Origin: Neophaeotheca triangularis | Taxonomy: Eukaryota | DNA: 61,630 nucleotides | Direction: 5' to 3' | Assembly (NCBI GenBank): GCA_054600435.1 | Contig: BAAIJX010000061.1 | Coordinates: 62,001 to 123,630 of the forward strand | Shown: positions 1 through 10,936 of the stretch, piece after piece | Layout: the number at the start of each line of letters is the position of its first letter | Numbering within the stretch: position 1 is the stretch's first letter | Translations under genes and position numbers: made by a program | Notes under the pieces: generated by a model | The model's input: only the letters and a program-made list of their open reading frames with translations | What the model was told of the DNA's origin: nothing | Databases searched by the model: none

Positions 1-272
1 AGACTATTACGACGCACTACCTGTTCGCTTTGGGTGCGTACAGGGCTCTCTACATTCCGAACTGGATCTGGCGTTACGCAACGGAGCCAAAGTGGGAGGT
101 TGATTGGATCCCCATCATCGCCGGTATCATCCAGACGGTGCTTTACTCGGACTTTTTCTGGATTTACTACACCAAGTGAGTGGGGATACATTTGCAAAGA
201 ACTACAATCGACCAGCGCTAACGACATGTGTACAGGGTCCTTCAAGGGAGAAAGTTCAACCTGCCAGTCTAG
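1..272 (+). CDS. ERD2: ER lumen protein-retaining (HDEL/KDEL) receptor, 3' part only; intron 176-235
   Basis: Manual translation, absent from the ORF track: [25 protein letters not shown]...[32 protein letters not shown], the typical Erd2 C-terminus. The intron reads GTGAGT...GCTAAC...TACAG. Confidence 0.95.
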
Positions 273-964
273 GAAGCTGTCAGCCAGGGCGTCATGCGCA
301 GACGTGAGACTCAAAGGAAGACGAACCGGGTCGCCCACTTGTATTACACTTAAAGCATAGCCGTGGCGTTGGTTGCTTGGGGGAGTGAGGCTGAAGGGGC
401 CGCCGCTTTGAAAGCACGCAAAGGAAGGTTCGCTCAAGGATGAGCTGGAGTTGGTAAGGGGGGGAGCTTCAGGAATGTCGTAGGAAAATCAGTATCACCC
501 TTCAACGTAAACATGTACTTGCCGATGCTTCTGGTATGCGAGCAGTTTCGAATAGCGTCCAGTCGACACTCTAAGCTTTTCCTGGTGTCCCGTTTTGCTG
601 CAGGTACAGTTCAAGCTGAGGCGTTCTTTCGGAGTGTTTTCCAATGGCATTGATGAAGTAATTACTAGATCGCGGAATAAGGCAAGGTACCTCTTTGTAT
701 CTCGATCGAGGCGTTAGCGTAGTGCCAAGACCATGAGAGAGAGCTTCTCCAGTTTCGGGCGGCAGCTGCCCGGCGTCGACAGCTTGAAAGACATCATCCT
801 CCACAATTCGACCCTGTACTTGCACTTTCCATTTACACCTACACCTCCTCCTAACCGCCACCCGCCCCTTCACTCATCACTGCATCTCTTCTTTAGTACT
901 CCGCCTCTGACCAGGCAATTCAACTTCACCCCTCCCCGTGCAGTCTGCGCAGACCGCCGCCGCT

Positions 965-3900
965 ATGTCCGGAGGTGACCTGCAAGAGCTGTTTGCTCGC
1001 CTCCGAGCCCAGTCCTCAGAAACACCACCGGCCGCTTCGCGCTCGTCGCAGGGTCTGCCTGATGCCTCACTATGGGCCACGGGCTCAGTGCCAGCACACT
1101 ACCAACCTCCATCTGTTTCCTCACCTCTCGTCTCGCCACCAGTGCAGACTCCGAACCCCACGCACGCAAGCCACGTCATGAGTCCGAATTCTCAATCCCG
1201 CAATGCTTCCTTTGGTGAAACGCCCAACCCGGAGCACAACCGCACCAACAACCTTCTCAATCTGCTGAAGCAGGGCGGTCAACCTTCTGCGCCTCGAGGT
1301 CCGATGGAGAACCTACAGAATGTTGCGAGTCAAGATATGCCCTCAGAACTTGCGGTACAGCTCCCCAAAATGCATATGCCCTTGTTGCATGCCGTAGTAA
1401 ATGCTTACCCGCTCCCTCAGCGCAACCCGTCGGGTGCTCTTCCGTCACCACTTGCTGGTCCCGGCGCCGAAAAGCGCCAGGACTGGAACAGCGAGCCGTC
1501 TGGCAACACTCAAGACTTTCTTCTTAACCTCCTCAAGAAGCCGAATGCGCCCAAGCCAGCAGCTTCCGAGCACCAGAAGCGCGAGTCCTCTGTGGATAAG
1601 CTCGCCCAAAGCTTCGCGCAGACGTCTGTGCAGCAGCAAGATGTGCCAAGACAGTCGATCGAGCGGTCTTCGCGTGAGCCCACACCAGCTCGTCAGTTCG
1701 GTGAAGCCTCGCGCGGCACTACGCCGTTCGAAGCCCCCAAGTCGAACAACAAGGCTAGCATGTTCACCACCTACGTCAACCCATTCGATCAACTCAACTC
1801 CTCGTCGCCCTTGAATGCCACACCACAGCCTGAGTCGCAGCCGCAGGGCAAGAAGATTGAGATCCTCAAACACAACCGTGACACTTCTGGGAACCAAAGT
1901 GGTGATGGTCCAGCTTCAAAGACCAGGAAGATGGAGTCAGGCAATCCATCGCCGTCTAGATCTACCAAGGAAGAGTCGACCTCAGCAAGGAAGGAGACCG
2001 TGTCTGAAGCGCTGGAAGATCTTGGACAAAAGGTTGACAAGCAGGTAGAGAGGGCTTTGTCTGATGCAGGATCGCCGAAGAATGGCACTGGGGCTGCTGC
2101 TCCTGGGGATAACGCTGCGAATGACAAGAACACCAAGGCGAAAGCCAATCCTGCCACAGACACAGAGGTTGATTCAAGCTGGGAAAGCGCCGAGGACGCG
2201 AAAGAAGACTTCAATGTGGCGGTCTACAACTTTCCCATGAGGCCTTTTGTGGCCATTCACGTCAAGAAACAGGACACGGCGACACCTTTCCGACAGGATA
2301 ACCTGATGGTGATTGCGCAGATGAAAAAAGAGTTTGACCAAATCGACCGCGCTCTTATCACCGCTAGCCAGACTCATATTGTCTACGCTACACCAGCGAC
2401 CAAGAAGGAGAATGCTGGTATCCGGATCATTCGCCAAGATACTGGAGATCACAAGCAATTGTTCAAGTCTCATGGCGAGCGTGTGTTTAATGTACAGCTG
2501 TGCAATCCTCCAGGTGGTGGCGATGTCGAGACTTTGCTCGGGACTGGAGTCAATGGATCCGTCTTCTGGGCTTCGATGGCCAAATCACACGGCGAGCTTT
2601 TCGATGACGACGATCTCGAGAAGAGGGGCTTTGTCATGCCTGCCATCACTACGCAGGAAGAGAACACATCTGGCTCGCCGGTTAAGACTCGTGCGAAGAT
2701 GAGCAACCGCCATAACGAGTTCTTCGCTGTGGCCCGCGGCAAGCAGATCCATGTCATATCCCCGGACACTGTCAAGATGAAGTGCTACACCGACTCTTCC
2801 ACTCGCAAAGTTGACAGTGAGAAGTTCTTCGCCGAGCGCGCTTTGAAAATTTCTACTGGCAAGGCTGGTAAGGACTTTGCGTTCTCCGAGGACGACACTG
2901 TGTTGGTCAGCCTGGACAAGAATGGCAGGTTCAAGTTCTGGGACATTCGCGAGATGGCCGGTGTCGCGCAGCAGGACAACCACGGCACTTCGCAGCTTGA
3001 CGAACCGCTTTGGAGCCTGGCCGCCGCGACCTCTGGTAGCAAAGCAGAGGACAAGCCGTCCGTCTCTTCAATCATGTTCCTCGACAAGGAGCGCCCTTGC
3101 GTCAAGGGAGTTGCTCTTCGCTATGTCATCATTGGTTTTAAGCAAAACCACATCCTTCAACTTTGGGATCTTGGTCTTGGCAAGGCGGTCCAGGAGCTTC
3201 GCTTCCCCCATGAAAAGGACAGCGACGGCATTTGCAGCATCTCGTACTCGCCCAAGACCGGTATCATTGCGCTTGGCCATCCCACGAGGAACAGCATCTA
3301 CTTTGTCCACCTCAGCGCCCCCAAGTACGACATTGGCGCTTTGGACCAAGCCATATATGTCAAGAAGCTGGCTTCCAAGGACCCAACGCTGCCACGCCCG
3401 CAGAGCACGGCCATCATGAGCGGGCTTAGAGAGTTCTCTTTCGGTAGAATTGGCCAGCTACGCAGCGTGGACATGCTTAAGACGCCTGTTCCAAATGCGA
3501 GCCAGCCTGACACCGAGGACGAGACTCTTTTCGAGCTCTACGTCATGCACTCCAAGGGTGTTGTCGGCTTGAGCATCAAAAAGGAGGACATGGGCTGGAA
3601 TGCGCAGAGCAAGATGGTTAATCCTGTTGATGCCGTCGAGGCTGGCGTTGTCACGGTGCTTGATCTGGACACGCCCAAGCTACCCGCTGCGCCGAGTGAG
3701 ACTGGTAGCACTGCCGCTGAGACTAATCCAAAAGCGAACAACAAGCCTACGAAGAAGAAGCAAAATCAAGGACAATCTGCAGCGAACAACGAGGCTGAGA
3801 ATGCCAAGGTCAAGGTTCTGCCTAGAAAGGAGGTTCCCCAAGCTGCCTCAGCTCCCACTGCCAACGGTGCTGCTCCAGCGGCTCAATCTCCAGAAAAGGA

Positions 3901-5368
3901 GAAGGGCTCCGCTCAGGTCCCAGAGGCTCCCACGCCCTCGCAACCCAACATCAACCCGCCGCTTATGACCTCTGCCTCGTACTCGATGGCGGCGCAGGGG
4001 AACGAACGCGTCAAAACTCCGGACGAAGGGCGTGCTCCCGACAACACTCAGGCGCCTGGCCCAGACTCTTCCACTAGGAACGCAGCTGTTTCGCCTATGC
4101 CTGTGGCGCCGACCGGGTCCGCCTCTGTCAGCTTGAACGATGCTTCGCTGGACAAGCAGTTCCACTCACTCATCTCAAAACTCGACGAAGACAGGCGCGT
4201 GCAAGACGCTGCTGCCAACGCCAGGCAGGATGCACTCCTTCGTCTAGTGTCTAGCACGCTTGGGGAGAACGTCGATGCCAGCCTGTCCAGGATCGTAAAC
4301 AACGGTATTGCGGAGAAGGTCTTGCCCGCTCTGACAAGCGAAACCAACAAGAATTTTGGCCAGCAATTGAGCAAATCGGTTGAGCCACAAATTGCGGAGA
4401 CCCTTCGCCAACAGCTAGGCGAAAGCTTGCCACGCCAGATCCAAGCTGCCCTGCCCGGCGCTATTCAAAAGGCTTTCCAATCTCCAGATGTCAAGCGCCA
4501 GATTGCCGATGCAGCCGCCAATGCTGTCTCACAGCAAGTGCAGCAACAACTTGGCAATATGCTCAACCAGCAGCTCCCCAAGATGGCAACGCAAGCCACT
4601 CGCACCATGGTTGAAGATCTCGACAAGCGCACGCAGACTCAGCTCCGTCAGGCCGAGACCCAACGCCAACAAGACGGCGCCAAGATTGAGCAACTCTCCA
4701 ACCTCGTCCGCAGCCTGGGTGAATCCATCCACGGTCTCGTCGAGAACCAGCAAGCCTACCAACAGCAAATGACAAAAATGCTGCAACAACAGCAACAGCC
4801 CCGCCCCGCCTCCACTAACCCCCAACAACACTCAAGCACTTCCACAATCTCTCCACCCCCTCAACCCCCCATGACAGAAGAAGAAGCCGAAATCTCCCGC
4901 CTAACCCAAATGCTCATGGAAGGCCGCTTCGACGAAGCAACCATGGAGGTGAGTCTCATCAACCAGCTCTGGTACTGCATCCTCTCTTACCTAGAAACTC
5001 ACACCCTGACTCAGTGGATCCAAGCCACGCACCGCCAAGCCGACCTCTTCGACGCTCTCTTCATCCGCACCAACCCCCTCTTCCTGCGCCAGGTCAAGCC
5101 CCTCGCCGCCCTTTCCATCGCCGTCGCCGTTACCGTCTCTATGGAAACGAATCTCAAAGAGCGTCTCGAGTGGCTTGAGTCGATTTTGCATGGTCTCGAT
5201 TTCCAGTCTCCCGAGCTTGTGGATGTTGCGCCGGGGGTTATGGATGTCTTGAGTCAGAGGTTGCAGGGTTCTTACATGGCTGTTGCTGAGCGCGATGCTA
5301 CTGATGGGAATCTGAAGACGATTGCTAGGTTGAATCGGGAGGTTGGGGGGATTAGGAATCAAAGGTAG
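965..5368 (+). CDS. EDC4/Ge-1/Pdc1-like enhancer of mRNA decapping (disordered N-terminus, WD40 beta-propeller, Q-rich coiled coil, helical C-terminus); probable in-frame introns 1355-1420 and 4949-5014
   Basis: First ATG at 965 (MSGGDLQELFARL). The central region is WD40-like (GKAGKDFAFSEDDTVLVSLDKNGRFKFWDI; LQLWDLGLGKAVQEL) and is followed by a long helical region, matching the fungal EDC4-like architecture. Confidence 0.75.
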   Translation: MSGGDLQELFARLRAQSSETPPAASRSSQGLPDASLWATGSVPAHYQPPSVSSPLVSPPVQTPNPTHASHVMSPNSQSRNASFGETPNPEHNRTNNLLNLLKQGGQPSAPRGPMENLQNVASQDMPSELAVQLPKMHMPLLHAVVNAYPLPQRNPSGALPSPLAGPGAEKRQDWNSEPSGNTQDFLLNLLKKPNAPKPAASEHQKRESSVDKLAQSFAQTSVQQQDVPRQSIERSSREPTPARQFGEASRGTTPFEAPKSNNKASMFTTYVNPFDQLNSSSPLNATPQPESQPQGKKIEILKHNRDTSGNQSGDGPASKTRKMESGNPSPSRSTKEESTSARKETVSEALEDLGQKVDKQVERALSDAGSPKNGTGAAAPGDNAANDKNTKAKANPATDTEVDSSWESAEDAKEDFNVAVYNFPMRPFVAIHVKKQDTATPFRQDNLMVIAQMKKEFDQIDRALITASQTHIVYATPATKKENAGIRIIRQDTGDHKQLFKSHGERVFNVQLCNPPGGGDVETLLGTGVNGSVFWASMAKSHGELFDDDDLEKRGFVMPAITTQEENTSGSPVKTRAKMSNRHNEFFAVARGKQIHVISPDTVKMKCYTDSSTRKVDSEKFFAERALKISTGKAGKDFAFSEDDTVLVSLDKNGRFKFWDIREMAGVAQQDNHGTSQLDEPLWSLAAATSGSKAEDKPSVSSIMFLDKERPCVKGVALRYVIIGFKQNHILQLWDLGLGKAVQELRFPHEKDSDGICSISYSPKTGIIALGHPTRNSIYFVHLSAPKYDIGALDQAIYVKKLASKDPTLPRPQSTAIMSGLREFSFGRIGQLRSVDMLKTPVPNASQPDTEDETLFELYVMHSKGVVGLSIKKEDMGWNAQSKMVNPVDAVEAGVVTVLDLDTPKLPAAPSETGSTAAETNPKANNKPTKKKQNQGQSAANNEAENAKVKVLPRKEVPQAASAPTANGAAPAAQSPEKEKGSAQVPEAPTPSQPNINPPLMTSASYSMAAQGNERVKTPDEGRAPDNTQAPGPDSSTRNAAVSPMPVAPTGSASVSLNDASLDKQFHSLISKLDEDRRVQDAAANARQDALLRLVSSTLGENVDASLSRIVNNGIAEKVLPALTSETNKNFGQQLSKSVEPQIAETLRQQLGESLPRQIQAALPGAIQKAFQSPDVKRQIADAAANAVSQQVQQQLGNMLNQQLPKMATQATRTMVEDLDKRTQTQLRQAETQRQQDGAKIEQLSNLVRSLGESIHGLVENQQAYQQQMTKMLQQQQQPRPASTNPQQHSSTSTISPPPQPPMTEEEAEISRLTQMLMEGRFDEATMEVSLINQLWYCILSYLETHTLTQWIQATHRQADLFDALFIRTNPLFLRQVKPLAALSIAVAVTVSMETNLKERLEWLESILHGLDFQSPELVDVAPGVMDVLSQRLQGSYMAVAERDATDGNLKTIARLNREVGGIRNQR

Positions 5369-6111
5369 AGATGGGAGGTTGTGTATGATACGAGGTGGCC
5401 TAGCTCGAGGGCTGGGAGGCTTTGTTACGAGCATGGCATGGCATGGTTTGGCGTTCTTGTTCTCCTTTTCTTCGAACGAATGGTGGCTCCTTTGCATGGT
5501 GGGTTTTTCTGCGGATGAAAAAGATAGCAGGTCTCATACCCCTTTGGTCGACTCTGGTCGATCTCGCTGTAGACTTCTATGGGAGAAGTTTAGTGTATTA
5601 TAGAATAGAAGGGTTTATGTATTCAATGCACGACTTTTACTTTTGGGGGAGGATCCCGAAATCGAGCTTACAAGTACCTGTCTAGGTAGCTACCTAGCTA
5701 CCTGGAACGTTGGACCTTCCAAAGGTTAGCATCAACTACTACATACAGAGATACCTTACCTGTAGCACATGTCACAGGTAACGAGGTGGCTACTTTAACA
5801 CATTAGTCTATTACTACGGCTTCGGATGCGACATTACATCGGGCTTCTTGTAATTACTAAGTACTACTCTTAGGGAGCGATCGACCAAACGGTAACCTCG
5901 ACCGTCAGGACACGAGCAACGAGCGAACGAGCACACGATAGGCAACCTCCTTCGAGCGAGCTTGCTATTTACCTCTGTCAAGACGATAGCGCATGCCTGC
6001 TGTTCGTTGCTCGCTCGCTCGATGACCACCCTGGTCCGCAATAAGCGATGTGGCGTTAGCTGAGCTCTGCTCCGGTGAAGAATTGTCCAGTAGAAACCCC
6101 TCGGGTAGCAG

Positions 6112-8424
6112 ATGAAGCCCAAGGCTTCCTGTTCCCGCTTGTGGCCTCAAGAGACAACCTTCGGCGCATGCTTCGGCCCTCTCACTTTTATTTCATTGTC
6201 TGCAACACCGGCCACTATGTCTGATGCACCGTTGTTTCCGTCTGTCTCAAGGGGGGTTTCGGGCTACACCGTCCCCGACCGGCTGACAGGGAACTACGAT
6301 TGGTACAGAGATCCAGTCTACGACATAGACTCCAAGCCCATCGTCAATGCGCTAGAATCTGCTCGAGAGAACGGCTGGAAGCGCGGAACGATATGCCCAG
6401 TCTGTTTCGGACTTACAACCAAACAGCTTCCAAGGCAATGGGGTTGGTCATGCCGAAACCGAGTCTCCTCATGCAACTTTACAGACCTCTGTGCGCGAAG
6501 AGATGATGGGTGTCTGGGCTGCACCATTTTGATCTTCACACTGCTATGTTATACTTCGCCTTCGGAGCTGTTGAAGCAAGAGAGCGAAGCCGTGAAAGTA
6601 AACTGGAAGTTGTCGAGTCGGCAGAGATTCAGATGCCGAATCACCGTAAGCAGCGATGCGACAGCTGAACTACAGCTTCTCTGGCTTGGCTGTTCACGAG
6701 ATCCCCACGATTGCATTCCACGCATGGAACACGGACGACATCCTAAATCTGACCACTCTGTTGCCACAATGAAAAACTGGATCCAAACGTGCCTAGATGT
6801 ACACCCAGAATGCCGCCCTCAAAATACTCGAGCGATACCTACAAGGCTGCTTTACGTTGGCAATGGTCAGCAGAGCACCTTGCGTCTGGTGCAGGGGAGC
6901 AAGTTGCCGATCGAAACGCCATATTGCACCTTAAGTTATTGTTGGGGTCAATCAGAAGAAGCGCGTAGCCGCCTCGTACTGCGAAAAGAACGGCTCCCAT
7001 GCTGGGAGAGCATTGTGCCGGCTGAAGCAGTCCCGGCATCTATTCAGGATGCCATCTGGGTGACTAGAGCTTGTGAGGTCGAGTACCTCTGGATCGACTC
7101 CCTGTGCATCTGTCAAGGAACTGACGGAGACTGGCTAGAAGAGTCGACGAAGATGCACCAATACTACGAGCATTCTTTGTTCACGATAGCCGCAACCAGG
7201 TCAACGGATGCATGCACATCTTGGCTCTTGCCACACCACGGCCATGTTCTAGAGCTAAATGAGATTCCACCAATTTTCGTTCGCAAATTCAGTGATCATC
7301 ACAACTTCCACAATGGAGAGCTTTCGCCCTTAACAACACGCGGTTGGGCCTTTCAAGAATCGGTCTTGTCCACTCGAACTATCCACTTCACTCTTGACGA
7401 GATGCTGTTTAGCTGCCGAGACGAAGAAGTCTGCGAGTGTGATCAGCCTTTCAGTACATTCGAAACGGGTATTCGTGATCTCGGTGCATGGCGAGACTTT
7501 GGAAAGTGGGGGGCCTGGATGCACATTGTGGAGAAGTATACTTCGCGAAGTCTCAGTGTCGATACCGACATGCTACCTGCGATATCGGGGATTGCCAATG
7601 CTTTTGCTTCTCACAACGGTGGTCGCTACATTGGGGGCCTCTGGGATCAAGATTTTCTGCATCAGTTGTCATGGAATTCAATAGATTCTAGGGTGTGCCG
7701 TCGAGTTCGGGGTTCAAGCCATCTTGCACCAACATTCTCATGGGCTTCAAGAATCGGACCTATCATTCTCCGCCATACTCACAACTACCGGGACTGTGTC
7801 GTATGGCCAGGTCCAGCCCATATAGGTACGACCTTGGCAGCATCGAGCCAGCCCTATGGTCAAGTTGTATCCGGCTCGGTCATTCTCGTCACCTCACTAC
7901 TCGAAGTCAATGCCAGCTACATCCAAGCAGAAAATTACCTCCTAGCGAGCGAGGCTTCAGGGGCAGTTGTAGGACAGCCCAGAGTCAACAATCAGATGCC
8001 TGTGGAGGCTACAGAGTACCGGGCGTGGATCCGCATTCTTGACGAATGGATTCCCCTCCGAGACAACAACCTCGTCGGTGACAGAACTGATTGGCGTGTT
8101 TATTTCGACACCTTCCAAGATCAGCAAGAATCAATTGGGCGGTCTTTAGTCGCCATGCCGTTGGTAGAGTCTTGGGATAAGGAGGAAAAGGTTGCAGCGA
8201 TGAGGCTTCTACTGCTGCGAAATTGCAGCCCGGAGCAGGGGAGTGGCGAGACGTATCGTCGTGTAGGCCTCATTGTAAAGGAGCTTCCGGAGCTTCCGTC
8301 ACTCTACCGTAGAAGCTACTCCTACGACGACATGAGAAACGCCAAACATCCTTTCTTTTGGTGGGAAAGGGTCATAGGGGCTTTCAAGGACCCAAAAAGA
8401 AGGCGCAGGATAACGATCGTATGA
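6112..8424 (+). CDS. HET-domain (PF06985-type, TIR-related) heterokaryon-incompatibility/cell-death protein; start may be the ATG at 6217
   Basis: Diagnostic motifs PTRLL, YCTLSYCWG, IQDAIWVTR...YLWIDSLCICQ, WLEESTKMHQYY..SLFTIAA, LTTRGWAFQE.VLS.R.IHF, W..IVEKYTSR.LS..TD.LPAISGIA, APTFSWAS, YRRVG. Confidence 0.93.
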   Translation: MKPKASCSRLWPQETTFGACFGPLTFISLSATPATMSDAPLFPSVSRGVSGYTVPDRLTGNYDWYRDPVYDIDSKPIVNALESARENGWKRGTICPVCFGLTTKQLPRQWGWSCRNRVSSCNFTDLCARRDDGCLGCTILIFTLLCYTSPSELLKQESEAVKVNWKLSSRQRFRCRITVSSDATAELQLLWLGCSRDPHDCIPRMEHGRHPKSDHSVATMKNWIQTCLDVHPECRPQNTRAIPTRLLYVGNGQQSTLRLVQGSKLPIETPYCTLSYCWGQSEEARSRLVLRKERLPCWESIVPAEAVPASIQDAIWVTRACEVEYLWIDSLCICQGTDGDWLEESTKMHQYYEHSLFTIAATRSTDACTSWLLPHHGHVLELNEIPPIFVRKFSDHHNFHNGELSPLTTRGWAFQESVLSTRTIHFTLDEMLFSCRDEEVCECDQPFSTFETGIRDLGAWRDFGKWGAWMHIVEKYTSRSLSVDTDMLPAISGIANAFASHNGGRYIGGLWDQDFLHQLSWNSIDSRVCRRVRGSSHLAPTFSWASRIGPIILRHTHNYRDCVVWPGPAHIGTTLAASSQPYGQVVSGSVILVTSLLEVNASYIQAENYLLASEASGAVVGQPRVNNQMPVEATEYRAWIRILDEWIPLRDNNLVGDRTDWRVYFDTFQDQQESIGRSLVAMPLVESWDKEEKVAAMRLLLLRNCSPEQGSGETYRRVGLIVKELPELPSLYRRSYSYDDMRNAKHPFFWWERVIGAFKDPKRRRRITIV

Positions 8425-8929
8425 AGAGAATGACGGCAAGGAGTCCAGCGAGTCCGCCATGGGCGTTGGTGTACGGAACCATTTTGTCCATGTTGCACCT
8501 TTCAGGCGTCCCTTTCAGATGCGACCACAGCTCAGTGAACTTGAAAGAAATGCAGATATTTCCGTGGCTGACTTCTGGATACAATCACATGTTCTGCTTG
8601 TCGAGCAAGAAGTCACCAAGCGAATGCAGAGTCGAGCCTCGCCTCTCGAAGGTTTGTTCCTTCGTGGGGTCTAGAACCCCGTCCGTGACTAACCTCGCAA
8701 GAACAGTTGTGTGGACCGAAGAGGCATGCAGAACGACGAGAGTGCAGATCGACCACAGCTTCCATCGCCGGCTCCGGATTGACGAGATGAGTTGTTGGCA
8801 CGGTCTGAGAAGCAAACAAGCAGTGTATTCTGTGGCAATCGGCTTGCTCCGTACAAGTACTGCCCTGTAAACCAGTCCCCTGCCCAACGTGCCCACTACG
8901 CTCATCAACCGCGCCGGGTAAATCTAAAC

Positions 8930-9337
8930 ATGTGCAACAACGAGCTCCCTCGCAGGCCAAGAAGTAGCGCTTATTCCGACCGCTCCACCACCCCTGCCAC
9001 ACCCCCGCCGCCGCGCTACGTCCTCTGGGGCCAACAAACACCCCTCCCCTATCTAGGTTTCTACCCATACCCGGCCATAGCCATAGCAGAGTTCGATAGC
9101 ATTGAAACTGCCAACGAAGTACTGGAAGACGAGCTGCTCGGGCTCCGGGAGCGAGGCTTTTCTCCAATCGCTAGGGAAGTGTGGGATGGCTCGTTGCAAG
9201 TGTTGCTCATCGATCGGAGTGGTGCGGGTCATCGCTGGTGGGTGCAGAGAGTGCGTGGGCGTGCGGAAGTGTGGGCGGAGTGGTATAGGCGGGAATTGGG
9301 GGTTGAGGCGTTTGAAGAGGAGATGAGGGGAGGTTGA
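8930..9337 (+). CDS. Small hypothetical protein (135 aa), paralogue of 9570-10016
   Basis: ATG in an AAACATG context. It aligns by eye with the convergent neighbour (RY.L...P..G.Y...A...AN..L...RE...DG...WV). Confidence 0.55.
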   Translation: MCNNELPRRPRSSAYSDRSTTPATPPPPRYVLWGQQTPLPYLGFYPYPAIAIAEFDSIETANEVLEDELLGLRERGFSPIAREVWDGSLQVLLIDRSGAGHRWWVQRVRGRAEVWAEWYRRELGVEAFEEEMRGG

Positions 9338-9569
9338 GGGCTTGTGAAGTAGTGCTGCCCTTCTAAATTTTGAAATGTAAGGGTATTATTCACGGTGAAG
9401 GGGATTCAGAAGAGGATTCAGAAGAGGCTTAGGCGGGATGCTGAACGTAGCTTTGTTTATAGCCAGAATACTGGGGCATTGAGACCAGCCGCTCGCGGAA
9501 AAACGCTCAATGCCGCTCCCAGTGCCTTCTGTCCCATGCTCTCACGCTCACGTGAAGCTCACCACACCA

Positions 9570-10016
9570 TCACAAGAAGAAGAACACGGCCCCGACCACC
9601 AACCCAATACCCACAGTCCCCCAAATCAAAGCGGAATGACCCTCTTCCACCACAACCTCTTCGACAGCCTCAACCCAAAAACATCCCACCCACCTGCGAC
9701 GATTCATCAGTTTAAGAACCACAAGCCCATCAGCGCTATACTCGCGCGAAGAGAGGTTTGCGTTCATTTCTCGGCAGCGCAATCCAGCCAGTTCGTGGAG
9801 TCTGTTGTTCGCTTGTACTAGGCCGACGCATTTTTCGAGGAGACGGGCCTGGGTGTAGTAATTTCCTGCTGACGGTGGGGCACTTTCGCGGTGCATAAGG
9901 CGGTAACGCCGGAATCTCAGCGATGCTTGGGCGCGGTCGAAGCTTGCCTGGGTTGGTGTTGTGCGGTCCGTTTCATCGGTGATAGCGCCAGGCTTGGTGG
10001 GCGTGGTTGTGTTCAT
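9570..10016 (-). CDS. Small hypothetical protein with C-terminal transmembrane anchor, paralogue of 8930-9337
   Basis: ATG at 10016, hydrophobic tail LIWGTVGIGLVVGAVFFFL, and a motif shared with the neighbour. Confidence 0.55.
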   Translation of the reverse strand: MNTTTPTKPGAITDETDRTTPTQASFDRAQASLRFRRYRLMHRESAPPSAGNYYTQARLLEKCVGLVQANNRLHELAGLRCREMNANLSSREYSADGLVVLKLMNRRRWVGCFWVEAVEEVVVEEGHSALIWGTVGIGLVVGAVFFFL

Positions 10017-10408
10017 TGCGTTGTTTGATAATAATGATGTCAAGGTTGTAGCGCTGAGAGGGGATTTACAGAAGTAGAAGCTCGCTATCCATTGCGTATA
10101 TTACGCCGATGGCAAGAGTACGGATGTGTGCTTGCTCTGCCGTGAGTCAGTAGATCGTGAATACTCCCACAAGCAATTGAGCGTGGAGCCTTCGGTTTGC
10201 GATCTTGATCTGTCCCACGAGCTTACTTTTCATGTTGTGTGCCCCTTACCGTACATCGCATTGCACTTTGTTGTCTGAATTGTCCGTGTGCACCGTTCTT
10301 GTATACACAGCTCCCCTAGCATACATAGGTCCGCACCAACTGCTCCCATCCATCGTTCCATCCACTCTTTCCCACTTCCTCTCCTCCCCACCAACCCCAG
10401 CAACTCAT

Positions 10409-10936
10409 CTAGAAAGGGTTGTCCTCCGGCGGGATCTCGTGATGGAAGTAGTCGCCGATCAATGGTATCTTGGCGAGGATATCGTCACGGACTTTTGGAA
10501 CTTGGCCAAAGAAGAAAAGGGCGAAGATACCGGCGACTGCGCCGAAACCGCCAGCTGTGACGCCACTGTAGAAATACTGTTAGTGGAGGGCCCAGATCAT
10601 AGGTGGTGGCGACGGCTTCTGCAGATAATGGCGAGGGCTTTGCGCAGGAAGACGTACAATTTGAGCATGCGGCCGGGGGTAAGGCCGTGGAAGTTGCGCG
10701 CGATCTTGTAGCTGTAATCGCATGTTAATACTGCGAGAATTTGCCACTCATATCACCATTTATACATACTCAGGCCCGAAGCGGCTCCTGTAGGTCTCGT
10801 AGGGTTGAGACTGTCTCCAGGGCTGCATGCCGTGGTGGCCCTCATGCTGGGTGCCGAATTGCGCCTAGCGGGGGTCAGCATTTCCTCATCAATGTATTCA
10901 GCAGGAACACACTCTTCTTATCAATGTCGGGTACAT
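10409..10936 (-). CDS. QCR10: Cytochrome b-c1 complex subunit 10 (4 exons)
   Basis: Manually spliced, absent from the ORF track: MYPTLIRR|AQFGTQHEGHHGMQPWRQSQPYETYRSRFGPD|YKIARNFHGLTPGRMLKF|GVTAGGFGAVAGIFALFFFGQVPKVRDDILAKIPLIGDYFHHEIPPEDNPF*. The three GT-AG introns have compatible phases and the C-terminus is typical of fungal Qcr10. Confidence 0.9.

Noticed and set aside
10205..10711. 168-aa plus-strand ORF
   Set aside because: Antisense shadow of the spliced QCR10 gene.
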